Of a stretch of DNA of 64,000 nucleotides, positions 1 to 10,319 are shown piece by piece. Position numbers and translations under genes: made by a program. A model generated the notes under the pieces. It had not been told where the DNA came from. It did not search any database and saw nothing but the letters and a program-made list of their open reading frames with translations. This DNA is from an uncultured Candidatus Saccharibacteria bacterium. Its GTDB lineage: Bacteria; Patescibacteriota; Saccharimonadia; Saccharimonadales; CAIOMD01. The stretch is taken from NCBI GenBank assembly GCA_963716565.1, contig OY970318.1, positions 385,934 to 449,933 on the forward strand, read 5' to 3'. Numbering within the stretch: the first letter of the stretch is position 1; every line of letters begins with the position of its first letter.

Positions 1-160
1 TAAATCATCTTTAACATCAAAATATACCCAACGATTTTTGCTAACTCTAAAATTCGCCAATTCACCTTCAATTTTAATCAAACCAAAGGCAAATTCTAAA
101 GTCTGGTTGGCAATTGCAACAAAATCAGTTGGCGTCAGGATGAGTTCTGGTTGGTTCACG
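1..160 (-). CDS. xseA: exodeoxyribonuclease VII large subunit, N-terminal OB-fold region; gene continues beyond window start
   Basis: Reverse-strand translation of 1-120 gives ...TLEFAFGLIKIEGELANFRVSKNRWVYFDVKDDL, matching the XseA N-terminal motif (VEGEISNF..SGHWYFTLKD). Start is probably GTG/ATG near 150-160, overlapping the 3' end of the upstream ORF. Confidence 0.4.
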
Positions 161-1198
161 GCCTGGCACTCCTGCTTCGCCCTTACGTAGAGATAATTGA
201 TAAAGTATAAAGCCTACTGGCAAGAAAACTATCATACAGACAATTCTATAGATTAACGTAGCCGATAGAGCCAAGGCTTTGGCTACTCCAGCCGAGGCCA
301 AGACACCGGTCATTAAGGCTTCATAAACACCTATGCCACCGGGCAAGATCGAAACTAATCCGGCAAAACTGGCCACCGAATAAGCTAATATTACCGCACC
401 TGGATTAACTAATTGGCCCAGAGCTATGTAAGCCAGATAAATTGTGCCAATTTCGGTAATATTAATTAGTAGCGCCCAAACAAAAGGCATCTTTAAATTG
501 CGCCAATCGCGGCGCATTTTTACAAAATCTTATGCAGATTCGTGCATAGCCTTTCAACGCGCTCGACGTTAAAATAGCTCTTTGCTAACTAATCTTTTTG
601 ATAAACGATTAGCAATTCTTGGGCAAAAATGCCGTGAAAGATTTTTATGCGATTTTCGCTACTAATGAGATAAGAAAATACTGAATACTGCGAATAAAGT
701 TAAGAAAGCTATCGATAAGACCAATAAACATGGCAATCCGCCCCACCGCTCTTGACCACTACCAAAACTTAGTAAAAACATACCAAAGAATAGGATTATC
801 AAAAAGCTAATAAAGGTTAAGCCAAAGCGCATCGTTTGAGCCAGGGTAGTATTAGCTACTGGTACTCCTTGTTTACGCATCCTAAGCCCTAGAATAAGAG
901 AAACCGGCCACACCACCGCTAGGAAAAATGTGATTAACAAAATTGAGCTCTAGCGCCACTCTATACATAAACTGCATTGGTAGATTTTGACCACCGTTTT
1001 TAAAATAAGACTGATAAAACTTAGCAATAACAAAATAATTAATTAACTGCAGAGGGATTATTAGAAGACTATCGAAATCTTAGCCCCTAGTATTTCTTTT
1101 AAGCCGTTAACAATCTGAGGCCACGAATAATAAATCAAGAAAACCAAGAGCAACGATGGTAACAACATTAATTACTACTTTGACTTGCTTTGATGTCA
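125..1198 (-). pseudogene. UPF0104 / flippase-like (lysylphosphatidylglycerol-synthase TM-region family) membrane protein, read in at least 3 frames
   Basis: ATG at 1198 (MTSKQVKVVINVVTIVALGFLDLLF...). Hydrophobic pieces 662-940 and 125-517 (...LPGGIGVYEALMTGVLASAG...) lie in different frames, ~1.07 kb in total. Confidence 0.4.
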
Positions 1199-1303
1199 TC
1201 TTCTTAAGAAGATTATACCTTAATCCGTGTATACTTGTATCAAATGAAATCCGTTGCCATATTAGGCAGACAGCCTGACATCAGTTTAGCCGAATTAGAG
1301 TCA

Positions 1304-2200
1304 CTATTTTCGGCGAAAAGATATCACTTGCCACAATCCAGAAGTGGCCCTATTGGATGTGCCAGTCGACGAGATACCGTTTGAAAGGCTTGGTGGAACC
1401 ATAAAACTTGGTTCGGTTGTTGGCTTTATCGAAAGAAATGATCTAAAAACCGGCTTAATTAAGCTCTTGCCTAAGATACAGTTGCCTTCTAAAAAATTAA
1501 ATCTTGGCATTAGTGCTTATGGTCTAAATATCGATCCAGAGCTACAACCAATCTTTCATTAACACTTAAAACACTACCTTGTCGGCATAAGGGCCACAAA
1601 ATTCGAGTAGTGCCCAATCAAAGAGCTATCCTTAATACCGCCCAGGTTTGGCACAACCAATTGTTCTTCCCTGCTGGCTTAGAATTATTGCTAATTGATT
1701 GGCAAGGCCAAGTTTTGGTGGCCTACACTAATCAAAATCCAAGATATCGAAGATTATACCGTGAGAGATCGAGAACGCCCTAAGCGCGACGTACATATTG
1801 GCATGTTACCACCAAAATTAGCTCAGATAATCATTAACTTGGCTACTAGGTGATGAACCCACTCAAAACGCCACCCTGCTTGACCCTTTCTGCGGTACCG
1901 GTGTTATCTTACAAGAAGCGGCCTTGATGGGTTTTGATGTTGTTGGCAGAGATATTAATCCAAAAATGATTAATTATTCTAAAGAAAATCTATTGTGGTT
2001 AGCTAAACGACATACCGTATTAAATTTTAAGTCCATCCGTGGCAATTGGCGATGCTACCCAATATTACTTGGCCATCACCAATAAAACCGAATGTCGCCA
2101 GCGAAACCTACTTAGGGCCAGTTTTTGACACGTTACCAGATGGAGCGCAGCTTAACTGAACATCGTAAACGAGCTAAATTTACTCCATAAAAAATTTCTG
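1304..2200 (+). pseudogene. SAM-dependent (THUMP/N2-G type) RNA methyltransferase remnant, multiple frame breaks
   Basis: Plus-strand 1880-2050 encodes ...LDPFCGTGVILQEAALMGFDVVGRDINPKMI... (motif I DPFCGTG). The flanking N- and C-terminal parts are in other frames and no ORF exceeds 72 aa. Confidence 0.3.
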
Positions 2201-2421
2201 CAAAATCTACACAAACAATTAGATGCCTGGTACTAGATTATGCTTAGCAATACCGGCCTGGTTTGTTGGAACCCAAGTTTATCACCTGCCACTTCTTGAC
2301 CAATTGGCTAATTTAGGCTACAATCGTGTAGCTTTTGAGCATGCTAAGGCTGAGCAGCTGGTTTACCATCGACCTCAGCAAATAGTAGCCAGAGAACTTG
2401 TAACACTTATAAGGAACTAAT

Positions 2422-2715
2422 ATGTCACACGTTAAAGCAGGCGGTACATCTAAAAATACCAAAGACAGCCCCGGTCAACGATTGGGAGTTAAGTTATTTG
2501 GTGGCGAAAAAGTTAAGACCGGCGGTGTAATTGTACGTCAGGTTGGCCAAACTAAGGTAGCCGGTCCGGGCACTTTTATGAGCCGTAATTTTACAATCCA
2601 TGCCGCTAAAGACGGCCTTGTTGGTTACCGCCAGCGCAAAGTCAAGCATTACAGCGGTAAAACCGTTACTCGCACCGAAGTATTTAGTAGATTAATCTTT
2701 CTCGGTCGTACTTAA
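2422..2715 (+). CDS. rpmA: 50S ribosomal protein L27
   Basis: MSHVKAGGTSKNTKDSPGQRLGVKLFGGEKVKTGGVIVRQ... is the classic L27 N-terminus. AGGAA lies 8 nt upstream of the ATG. Confidence 0.9.
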   Translation: MSHVKAGGTSKNTKDSPGQRLGVKLFGGEKVKTGGVIVRQVGQTKVAGPGTFMSRNFTIHAAKDGLVGYRQRKVKHYSGKTVTRTEVFSRLIFLGRT

Positions 2716-2790
2716 GTAAAAGCCATAGTTTTCTATGGCTTTTAACATGTCAAACGACTAAACTAAAGACAGCTCATTTTAAAAACTGAT

Positions 2791-4283
2791 ATGCTATCAA
2801 AAATTAATAAACTATCCAACCGAAGCTGGCTACTTATATTGGCGGGCACCTTTAGTTTTAGCCGATTAGCCTACTTGGCTTTTCCCTTTTGATAGCGACC
2901 ATTGGATTTTTTATTACATTGGCAAGCACTGGGTTTAATGGCGCAACATTATATGTAGACATGTGGGATCATAAATCACCACTTATTTATGCCTACAATG
3001 GCATTCTAAGTAAGCTGTTTGGCGATAATATTATCTTGCACCGTGTTTTCTTTACCGTGATTGCCATATTGGCAGTCTGGCTATTTTATAAAACCGCCCT
3101 GCTTTTATACCGACAGCTCAAATTAAAAAACCAGCCGGCCTTAGCCAGATTATCAACCCTAGTCTTTGCTTTTGTTGCTAACCTAGCGGTTTTTACCAAC
3201 AGTGGCAATAACAATGAAAACCTTGGCATTTTATTTCTGTTAGCCGTTCTTTACTGGTATTTAAGATGGCGCGAAAATCCTTTAGATAAACGACATTATT
3301 TGCTTATGAGTGGTTTAGCGGCCAGTCTTGTGTTTGTTTTAAAAGCAAACTTTGCTGTTCTTTTACTGCCGGTTGTTGTCGATCTAATCATCGTTACTAG
3401 AAAAAATGTCTATCGCTTAATTAGTAGCCTATGCCTCTTTGCGGCAGGCACATTGCTCCATCTGCTCCTTTGGGCCATATACTTCCAACAAGTTGGCACT
3501 TTTAAGCAGTTTTTGATTGCAACCTTTGAGTTTAATAGCAAATATATGTCTGCCCTGGGTTGGGATATCCACGCTACCGGTATTGTAATTTTTGTTGGCA
3601 TCTTAGTCTTGCTGCTGCTCTTTTTTGCACCATTTATTATCCGTGCCTGGACGGCTTTTATAAAAGACAAAGGCAACGATAACTTATTAATAAACTTACT
3701 GGGCATTTGCTCATTAATTTTTATGGTCTTAGCCGGTACTTTTTACTCCCATTACTTTTTAATCGCCCTGCCTTGGCTGTGCTTGGTGTTTGGTGCCACC
3801 TATCAGCTTAAATCTAAGCTAAAGCCCAGGTTATTACTTAGCTGTTTGGGCATAGTAGCCCTACTGTTGGCTGGTGCTAGCTATAAACAACTTTATAATT
3901 CTTACCTTGGCGGCGTAAAGACAGAAGCCAACAATCAAGTTGCCGTAGCTAACTATATAAATGAACACACCGCCCCAGGCGACACCTTCTTCGCCTACAC
4001 TTATGGTGCCACCTTTTATGAGTTAGCCCAGCGCGATTCTGGCAGCCGCTATATCAGCGCTTCTCACCTGCTAATCGATTACAAGCATCAATTCGGTTAC
4101 AACCTTAATGAACAATTTATCTTTGATATGATTTGCAAAGAAGCTAAATATGTAATTATGTTTAGCGACGTCAATGATATCTACCGAGTACAAAATCCGG
4201 TAGCCATGCGATTTATTAATAATAATTACCACCTAGAAACAACTTTAAATGGTTATGATATATTAGTTAGGAATAATCTATGA
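2791..4283 (+). CDS. GT-C fold membrane glycosyltransferase (ArnT/PMT-like, GT39/83 type); N-terminal 33 codons in a different frame (frameshift near 2885)
   Basis: Frame A 2791-2892: MLSKINKLSNRSWLLILAGTFSFSRLAYLAFPF*. Frame B from 2889: LIATIGFFITL...YVDMWDHKSPLIYAY... with more than 10 TM helices. The TTG at 2889 is only an ORF-caller start. Confidence 0.6.
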
Positions 4284-4756
4284 TAAAAAACATTTGGTCA
4301 CATACTGGAACTCGTTTTGCCGCCGTTGGTATTTTTAATACCCTATTCGATTTTGCCGTACTCAACTTATTGGTTTTTGGCTTTGGTTTAAATAATATCG
4401 CCGGCAACACTATATCGGTAACCCTGGCTATGGCAATCAGCTACGTGCTTAATTACCACGTGGTCTTTCGGCAAAAAACAGCTAATCATGCCAAAAAAGT
4501 TCTATTGTTTTTGTTAGTCACCGCTTTTGGTTTGTGGGTTCTGCAAAACGGCGTAATATACATATTCGTGCACTGGTTTACCTGGCCAGCTTCGGTCGCA
4601 AAAAGCTTGTTTGATTTAGTTGGCCTAGATAGCTTTACAAAAGACTTCGCCATACTAAACACTGCTAAAGTTTTTGGTACGGTGGTTAGCTTGCTGTGGA
4701 ACTTCTTTATGTACAAACGTGTAGTTTTTACCGACAAAAATACAATCGCCTCTTAA
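4280..4756 (+). CDS. GtrA-family membrane protein (polyisoprenol-linked sugar translocation)
   Basis: RFAAVGIFNTLFDFAVLNLLVF... signature with 4 TM helices. ATGA overlap with the upstream glycosyltransferase stop suggests an operon. Confidence 0.8.
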   Translation: MIKNIWSHTGTRFAAVGIFNTLFDFAVLNLLVFGFGLNNIAGNTISVTLAMAISYVLNYHVVFRQKTANHAKKVLLFLLVTAFGLWVLQNGVIYIFVHWFTWPASVAKSLFDLVGLDSFTKDFAILNTAKVFGTVVSLLWNFFMYKRVVFTDKNTIAS

Positions 4757-4841
4757 AAAGAAGTGCTTTTTTAATAGTACAGCTCTTATTCTGGTTGTTT
4801 ATGTGGTGACTAATGCAATAAGTCGTTATATAACAAGAATG

Positions 4842-6074
4842 CTAAAGCCCTAGAGCGTTTTTGGCGGCTTCTAGTTGTGAATCGATGTTATTAGTTATAT
4901 CGGTTTCGGTTGGTTCTAGTACGGCGTCCGGTTCGATGCCTTCTTTATCGATATTCTGACCAGCCGGTGTGTACCAGCGAGCTACCGTTACTTTTAGAAC
5001 ATCGCCTGCATCAAAGGTGCTGAATTCTTGCACGCTGCCCTTGCCGAATGAAGTTACGCCAACGATAGTTGCAAGGTTATTATCTTTTAAGGCACCAGCC
5101 ACGATTTCGCTAGCACTAGCACTGCCCTCGTTAATCAACACAACTGTTGGTATGCCATTTAATATCCCGTTTTCATCGGCACGATAAGTTCTAATTGTAA
5201 TACCGGCCCGTTTTTCCTCTAAAATAATCTGCCCATCTTTTAGCCAAGCCTCAGAAACGCCAACTGCTCCATCAAGATATCCACCCGGGTTATTTCTTAA
5301 GTCTAGAATGATACCGCTAACATTAGCCGCATCAAATTCACTAGCTATTCTATTAAAACTACTTACCGTATCGTCAGCAAAACGACTAATTTTAACGTAC
5401 CCAATGTTGCCTTCTAAAGTTTTGCTTTCAACGCTAGGCAAAGTGATGACTTGTCTGGTAATAGTAAATTCTAATGCCTGCCCATCGCGAATAATAGTTA
5501 GTTTTACGTTAGTGCCAGCCTCTCCGCGAATATTAGTCACTGCCTCGTCTATGCTCATGCCAACTGTGTCTTTATCGTCAATCATATAAATAATGTCACC
5601 AGCCTTTAATCCGGCTTTTTCGGCTGGCATTCCACTTATGGGCGCAATAACTACAATATCTGAACCCTGCTTGCCAAGTTCGGCTCCAATACCGCTAAAT
5701 GAGCCATTTAGCTGCTCATTAAAAGCATTGGCTTCGTTTGCATCTAAATACGCCGTGTAGGGGTCTCCAGCGGCCTCTACGAGGCCTTTTTTGATACCTG
5801 TAAGTAAATCATCGATGTTTAGTTGGCCATCGTAGCCTTGTTTCAATAAGCGATATAGTTCATCAACCGAACTGTAGTCTAAATTGTCTGGCAAGCCTTG
5901 GTTCTCGCCTACCGGCTGACGGCCAAATTTTATTGCCCAGTTGCCGTTGCCAAATTGATAGCCGGTATAAAAAACACCAGCCAGCACCAAAACACCAGCA
6001 AAGCCTGCCAAAAAAGCGCGCCATTTACTTCTTTGTTTTATAAAACCAGCCGTTTTTCTTCGCCACCTAATCAT
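4842..6074 (-). CDS. ctpA: carboxyl-terminal processing peptidase (S41, CtpA/Prc-like) with PDZ domain
   Basis: PDZ segment GIGAELGKQGSDIVVIAPISGMPAEKAGLKAGDII. Catalytic segments LINEGSASASEIVAGAL and TSFGKGSVQ. N-terminal TM anchor. Confidence 0.9.
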   Translation of the reverse strand: MIRWRRKTAGFIKQRSKWRAFLAGFAGVLVLAGVFYTGYQFGNGNWAIKFGRQPVGENQGLPDNLDYSSVDELYRLLKQGYDGQLNIDDLLTGIKKGLVEAAGDPYTAYLDANEANAFNEQLNGSFSGIGAELGKQGSDIVVIAPISGMPAEKAGLKAGDIIYMIDDKDTVGMSIDEAVTNIRGEAGTNVKLTIIRDGQALEFTITRQVITLPSVESKTLEGNIGYVKISRFADDTVSSFNRIASEFDAANVSGIILDLRNNPGGYLDGAVGVSEAWLKDGQIILEEKRAGITIRTYRADENGILNGIPTVVLINEGSASASEIVAGALKDNNLATIVGVTSFGKGSVQEFSTFDAGDVLKVTVARWYTPAGQNIDKEGIEPDAVLEPTETDITNNIDSQLEAAKNALGL

Positions 6075-6115
6075 TACCGTTTAGTGTACCATAATCCAAC
6101 AATTTCTATCTTAAC

Positions 6116-7273
6116 TTATGGAAAACGTAAGAAATATAGAGTGCCTAGCCAACCTGTATTGTTTAAATCTATCCACATTTCAGAATACTCACCATGGATT
6201 ACGTTATATTGACTAACATATATTCTGCCACTAGCAACTGTTTCGACATACATAGCATGCCCATAACCACCGGCTTTAGAGATTGCTACGTCACCCGGCT
6301 GAGGATCATAATAAACAGGAATGCCCCAATCGTAAGCATTGCTTACCCAGTCAGCAGCATTACCCCTATAGCCCCAGTAAGGCATGTGGCGTCCAGACTG
6401 AAAGACTTTAAAGGCCGTATAAGAAACACATTCACGATTTAACATACCCCACCAATCAGACATTGAATCCTGTGGAGCTGTCGCCCAGGGTGGATCGGTT
6501 GGGTATCCTCCGCGCGTACCATCTCCGCTAAATTGCTGGAAACTAGCAGCAATTTGAGCCAGCAAAGCAAGTTGCTGTTGCCTTAAATCAGCTGCCGTCT
6601 GCCTGTAGGCATCCTCTCGGCCTTGTGTATCATTAAGCAAGCGCTGCTGTTCTGCTCTGGTCATATTCAAAGACGTCTGTTCTGATTGTTGCTGAGAAAG
6701 CAGGGCTTTCTGCTCTTCTTGTTGGGCTTGGATTTGCTGTTTTAGGGCAATAACTTTTTCTGTCGAATCTTGTATGCCAGTCTTTAATTTTTCTAGATAA
6801 GTCTGATCGTTAATAAATTGGCTGAAGCTTTCACTGCCAACAAGCAACTCAACAGTCGAGGCTCCGCCCTTTTTATATAAGGCCTGCAGACTAGCCTTCA
6901 ACAGACTCTTTTGCCTGTCCAGCTCTACCTGCGCCTGCTCTAACTGCACCTGTAGCTCATTAATTTTTGTAGTTGTTAAATCGATTTGTGCCTGAAGCTG
7001 CGATATTTGAGTATTTAAAATTGCCAACTTATTTTGCAATGTGTCAGCTTCGCCTGCTAGTCTTGTGGCTTCGGCATTATTTGCATCTATTTGAGCCTGC
7101 AAGGCATTAGCTTGAGCTCTTAGCTCATCAACCGTGGCAGCTTTAACGTTTTTACTGCCATAAAACGAATACGGCACAATAAACGCGCTGGCGATAACAA
7201 CAACCAACACAACCGACAGAAGCCATGTTGTCTTTGATAATTTTTGTTTTCTGAATTTTAGCAAACGCTTCAT
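6116..7273 (-). CDS. PcsB-like secreted peptidoglycan hydrolase: signal/TM, long Q/L/A-rich coiled coil, C-terminal CHAP domain
   Basis: C-terminus CVSYTAFKVF...GDVAISKAGGYGHAMYVE (Cys...His CHAP). Residues ~40-230 are heptad-like (LQAQIDANNAEATRLAGEADTLQNKLAILNTQISQLQAQIDL...). It sits directly downstream of ftsE-ftsX. Confidence 0.7.
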   Translation of the reverse strand: MKRLLKFRKQKLSKTTWLLSVVLVVVIASAFIVPYSFYGSKNVKAATVDELRAQANALQAQIDANNAEATRLAGEADTLQNKLAILNTQISQLQAQIDLTTTKINELQVQLEQAQVELDRQKSLLKASLQALYKKGGASTVELLVGSESFSQFINDQTYLEKLKTGIQDSTEKVIALKQQIQAQQEEQKALLSQQQSEQTSLNMTRAEQQRLLNDTQGREDAYRQTAADLRQQQLALLAQIAASFQQFSGDGTRGGYPTDPPWATAPQDSMSDWWGMLNRECVSYTAFKVFQSGRHMPYWGYRGNAADWVSNAYDWGIPVYYDPQPGDVAISKAGGYGHAMYVETVASGRIYVSQYNVIHGEYSEMWIDLNNTGWLGTLYFLRFP

Positions 7274-7415
7274 TACTTCTTATGTTATACCAAAAAAAGG
7301 CATTTTAGACAATAGACAATTGACGTTGGACGTTAGAACTTAACACAAGCAAGACCAAGCTACTTTTTAACAATCATTCATCTATCGTCTATTATCCAAC
7401 GTCAAGCGTCTAGCT

Positions 7416-8354
7416 TCACCAGCGCTTGAGTTTAAGGTGTTTTTCCATCGCAATCATACTAGAAATCGCCCCTATCAATATGCCAATAAATACGGCTCCT
7501 ACATACAAGGCGACAATAATTTTTGACTGGGTAAAGAATTGATAAGTTTCGGCAAATTCGGCTTGGTTGGCCATTTTACCAAGCAATGAATAAACGGCTG
7601 CCACAACTAAACTTGCCGCCACAATACCAGCGATAACTCCATATAAACTAGCTTCTATTAAAAATGGACCCCTAATATAGCCAGGTGTTGCCCCAATTAA
7701 TTTCATAATTTTTATTTCTTCAGAGCGGGTAAAGATTGCCATCCTGATAGTATTAAAAATTATCAACATACTAACGACTGCAAAAACGATAGCCGCCACA
7801 AAACTGGCACTGGTTATATAGCGTTGAGCCGATGCAGCACTGTCGATTGTTTTTTTAGCATCGGTTTTGCCAAGCGTTACACTATCAACAGTTGATTTAT
7901 AATCTTCCCTTTGCGGTATCTGCCCAACTTCTTCTATTTTTGACAAATCCGATACACTAACTTCTAGCGAAGCCGGCAACGTATCACCACCAACTAAAGC
8001 TAAGCCTTCTAATAGTTCTGGATCGTTTTTAAAACTCTCGCTAAATTGTTGCTGGGCTTGTTCTTTAGAAATATACGAAACATCGGCCACGTAATTATTG
8101 TTAGTTAATTCACTGCGCAATCTGACCACTTCGGAGTCTTTAGCGTCACTAACCAAATATACTGACACTTTTAAATTCTTAGATAGTTCGTCTATGGCGT
8201 TTCGAGCTGTAACATTTAGTACCACAGCCAATAGTATTATGGTCAAAGCCACAACCATAACTGCTGTGGCGGCTACGCTTAACCAAGAATTCCTAAAGAA
8301 GTTAGCTATACCACTAGCAAGAATTCTTCTTAGAGTTATTAAGTCCCGTTTCAT
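7416..8354 (-). CDS. ftsX: cell-division ABC transporter permease FtsX
   Basis: 312 aa with an N-terminal TM, a large extracytoplasmic loop and 3 C-terminal TM helices (FtsX topology). It is adjacent to ftsE; its ATG overlaps the ftsE stop. Confidence 0.75.
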   Translation of the reverse strand: MKRDLITLRRILASGIANFFRNSWLSVAATAVMVVALTIILLAVVLNVTARNAIDELSKNLKVSVYLVSDAKDSEVVRLRSELTNNNYVADVSYISKEQAQQQFSESFKNDPELLEGLALVGGDTLPASLEVSVSDLSKIEEVGQIPQREDYKSTVDSVTLGKTDAKKTIDSAASAQRYITSASFVAAIVFAVVSMLIIFNTIRMAIFTRSEEIKIMKLIGATPGYIRGPFLIEASLYGVIAGIVAASLVVAAVYSLLGKMANQAEFAETYQFFTQSKIIVALYVGAVFIGILIGAISSMIAMEKHLKLKRW

Positions 8355-9040
8355 TATTTATAGCCCCCACTGGCTTTATCACTAATTATCTGACCGTCTT
8401 TCATAGAAATAACTCGGCGCTTAAGTTGGTTAACAATTTCTTGATTGTGAGTAGTTAAAAGCACGGTGGTGCCATATTTATTAATTTTTTCTAAAACCCT
8501 TATGACGTCCCAGGCGTGCTTAGGATCTAAGATTGCCGGTAGGTTCATCGGCAATTAATATTTTTGGCTGCCTAGCAACCGCTCTAGCAATAGCTAACCG
8601 CTGCCTTTCGCCACCAGATAGTTCACTTGGATAGTTGTTTTCTTTGCCACTCAAATTAACTAGTGAAAGCACTTTTGGTACCGTAAACTTATTTCTTTAT
8701 TACTGGCACCCAACAATTTCTAAGGCAAAGGCAACGTTTTCGAACACGGTTTTATTAGGCAATAGTTTAAAATCCTGAAAAACAACACCTATTTTTCTTC
8801 GTAAATATGGAATGTCTTTATCTTTTAAAGTCTTCGTAATCAATACCATTAACAATAATCTTACCGCTGGTAGGCTTTTCTTCGCGGGTCAGCATTTTCA
8901 GTAGGGTCGATTTGCCAGCCCCACTCGGGCCAACAATAACCACAAATTCTTTGGGTTCAACATGCAATGACACCGTCTTTAGAGCCGTTCCTCGCCTGAT
9001 TATAGTTTTTTGTTACTCTATCTAGTAAAATCATCTGCTA
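8354..9040 (-). pseudogene. ftsE: cell-division ATPase FtsE, frame-disrupted (at least 2 breaks)
   Basis: C-terminal piece 8354-8554 (..[33 protein letters not shown]..). The Walker-B/signature region ([13 protein letters not shown]) near 8590-8640 is in another frame. The Walker-A region (IVGPSGAGKSTLLKML) near 8900-8960 is in a third frame. Confidence 0.7.
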
Positions 9041-9136
9041 ATTGATTATACAAAACTTGTGCTTATTAAGTCTAAAGAAGTTTTTAGGTAAGCCTCTATA
9101 AAATCGTTAATTTCGCCATCTAAAACACCCTGTGTA

Positions 9137-10092
9137 TTACTGGTTTCGATACTTTGTCCGTAAGTCTTTAACCATATTATAAGGATGTAGAACATAATTG
9201 CGGATTTGATTGCCCCAAGCTGCTTGTTCGTTTGGACCCTTTAATTCATCAATTTTTTCTTTGTGTTGTTCTATCTGCAGTTGAACCAATTTTGAGCGCA
9301 AAATGGTTAACGCTGTTTCTTTATTTTGCAACTGTGAACGTTCATTTTGAATAGTTACGGTAATATTGGTTGGCAAGTGAGTTATTCTAACAGCTGAATC
9401 AGTAGTATTAACACTTTGACCGCCATGGCCACCGGCTCTAAAAACGTCTATTTTTAAATCTTTTTCGTCAATTATCGACCTCACCAGGTTGATCAATTTT
9501 GGGCATTATTTCTACTCTAGCAAAACTGGTTTGTCGTAAATGATCGGCATTAAATGGGCTTAAACGTACCAGACGATGAACGCCCTGCTCGCCTTTTAGT
9601 TTGCCATAGGCTAAGTTGCCATTTATTTCTAAGGTTACACTTTTTAAGCCCGCTTCTTCACCAGATGATTGATCAATTATTTTACAGTTCAAGACCTTTA
9701 GATTTTTCTACCCAGCGGGTATACATTCTAAGCAACATCTGCGCCCAGTCTTGAGCATCAGTACCGCCCGCACCAGCATAAATACTCATAATTACATCAT
9801 AATCATCGTACGGGCCGCTATATAAAAGCTCGTGGTTCAGTTTATTGAATTGGTCAAAAGTTTCTTGAACTTGATTAGCAATCTCTTTGTTTATAGTTAG
9901 TCGTTCAGCTATTAACGTCAATAGTTTCACCAACCTGTTTTTTTAATATGTTGCCAGGGCTCAATTTTTGCTTTTAATTTCGATATTTGGCGATTAACCA
10001 CTTGAGCGTTAGATTGATCTTGCCAAAAATCTGGTTTTTGCGTCTCTTGGTTTAACTCATCAATTCTGCCCAATTATATCTTGAGCCTTCAT
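9137..10092 (-). pseudogene. prfB: peptide chain release factor 2, fragmented into at least 4 frames
   Basis: Three fragments: 9682-9933 (..AGAGGTDAQDWAQMLLRMY..), 9468-9692 (..GVHRLVRLSPF..) and 9137-9496 (..[23 protein letters not shown].. GGQ motif). A candidate start MKAQDIIGQN-TGA sits at 10092-10060 with the downstream region (DELNQETQKPDFWQDQ) in the +1 frame. The extreme C-terminus is missing or in another frame. Confidence 0.75.
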
Positions 10093-10319
10093 CTGCTTTA
10101 AAGCGCTGTCGATTTTAGAGCAATATCTTTTAGAAGTTCTTAGTCGTCATTCATCATTCAATAATTATACTCTATTAATTGCCATAAGCCTTGGTTGCAA
10201 TGAATTATATATAGCTATTTGCTAATATCTGATGCAATTTTTGGAGTCTATTTTGTTTGTTGCACCGTAGAAACCAACCCCCCAGACATTTTTTGAATCT
10301 AAGCAAATTCGAGCACATT

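Noticed and set aside
2223-2420. 65-aa ORF upstream of rpmA (possible L21?)
   Set aside because: It shows no similarity to L21. rplU is found at the far end of the window at 63748 onwards. It is probably the tail of the degraded methyltransferase region or non-coding.
3410-3706. 98-aa minus-strand ORF inside the GT-C glycosyltransferase gene
   Set aside because: It is antisense to a well-supported membrane-protein ORF and has no motif or RBS.
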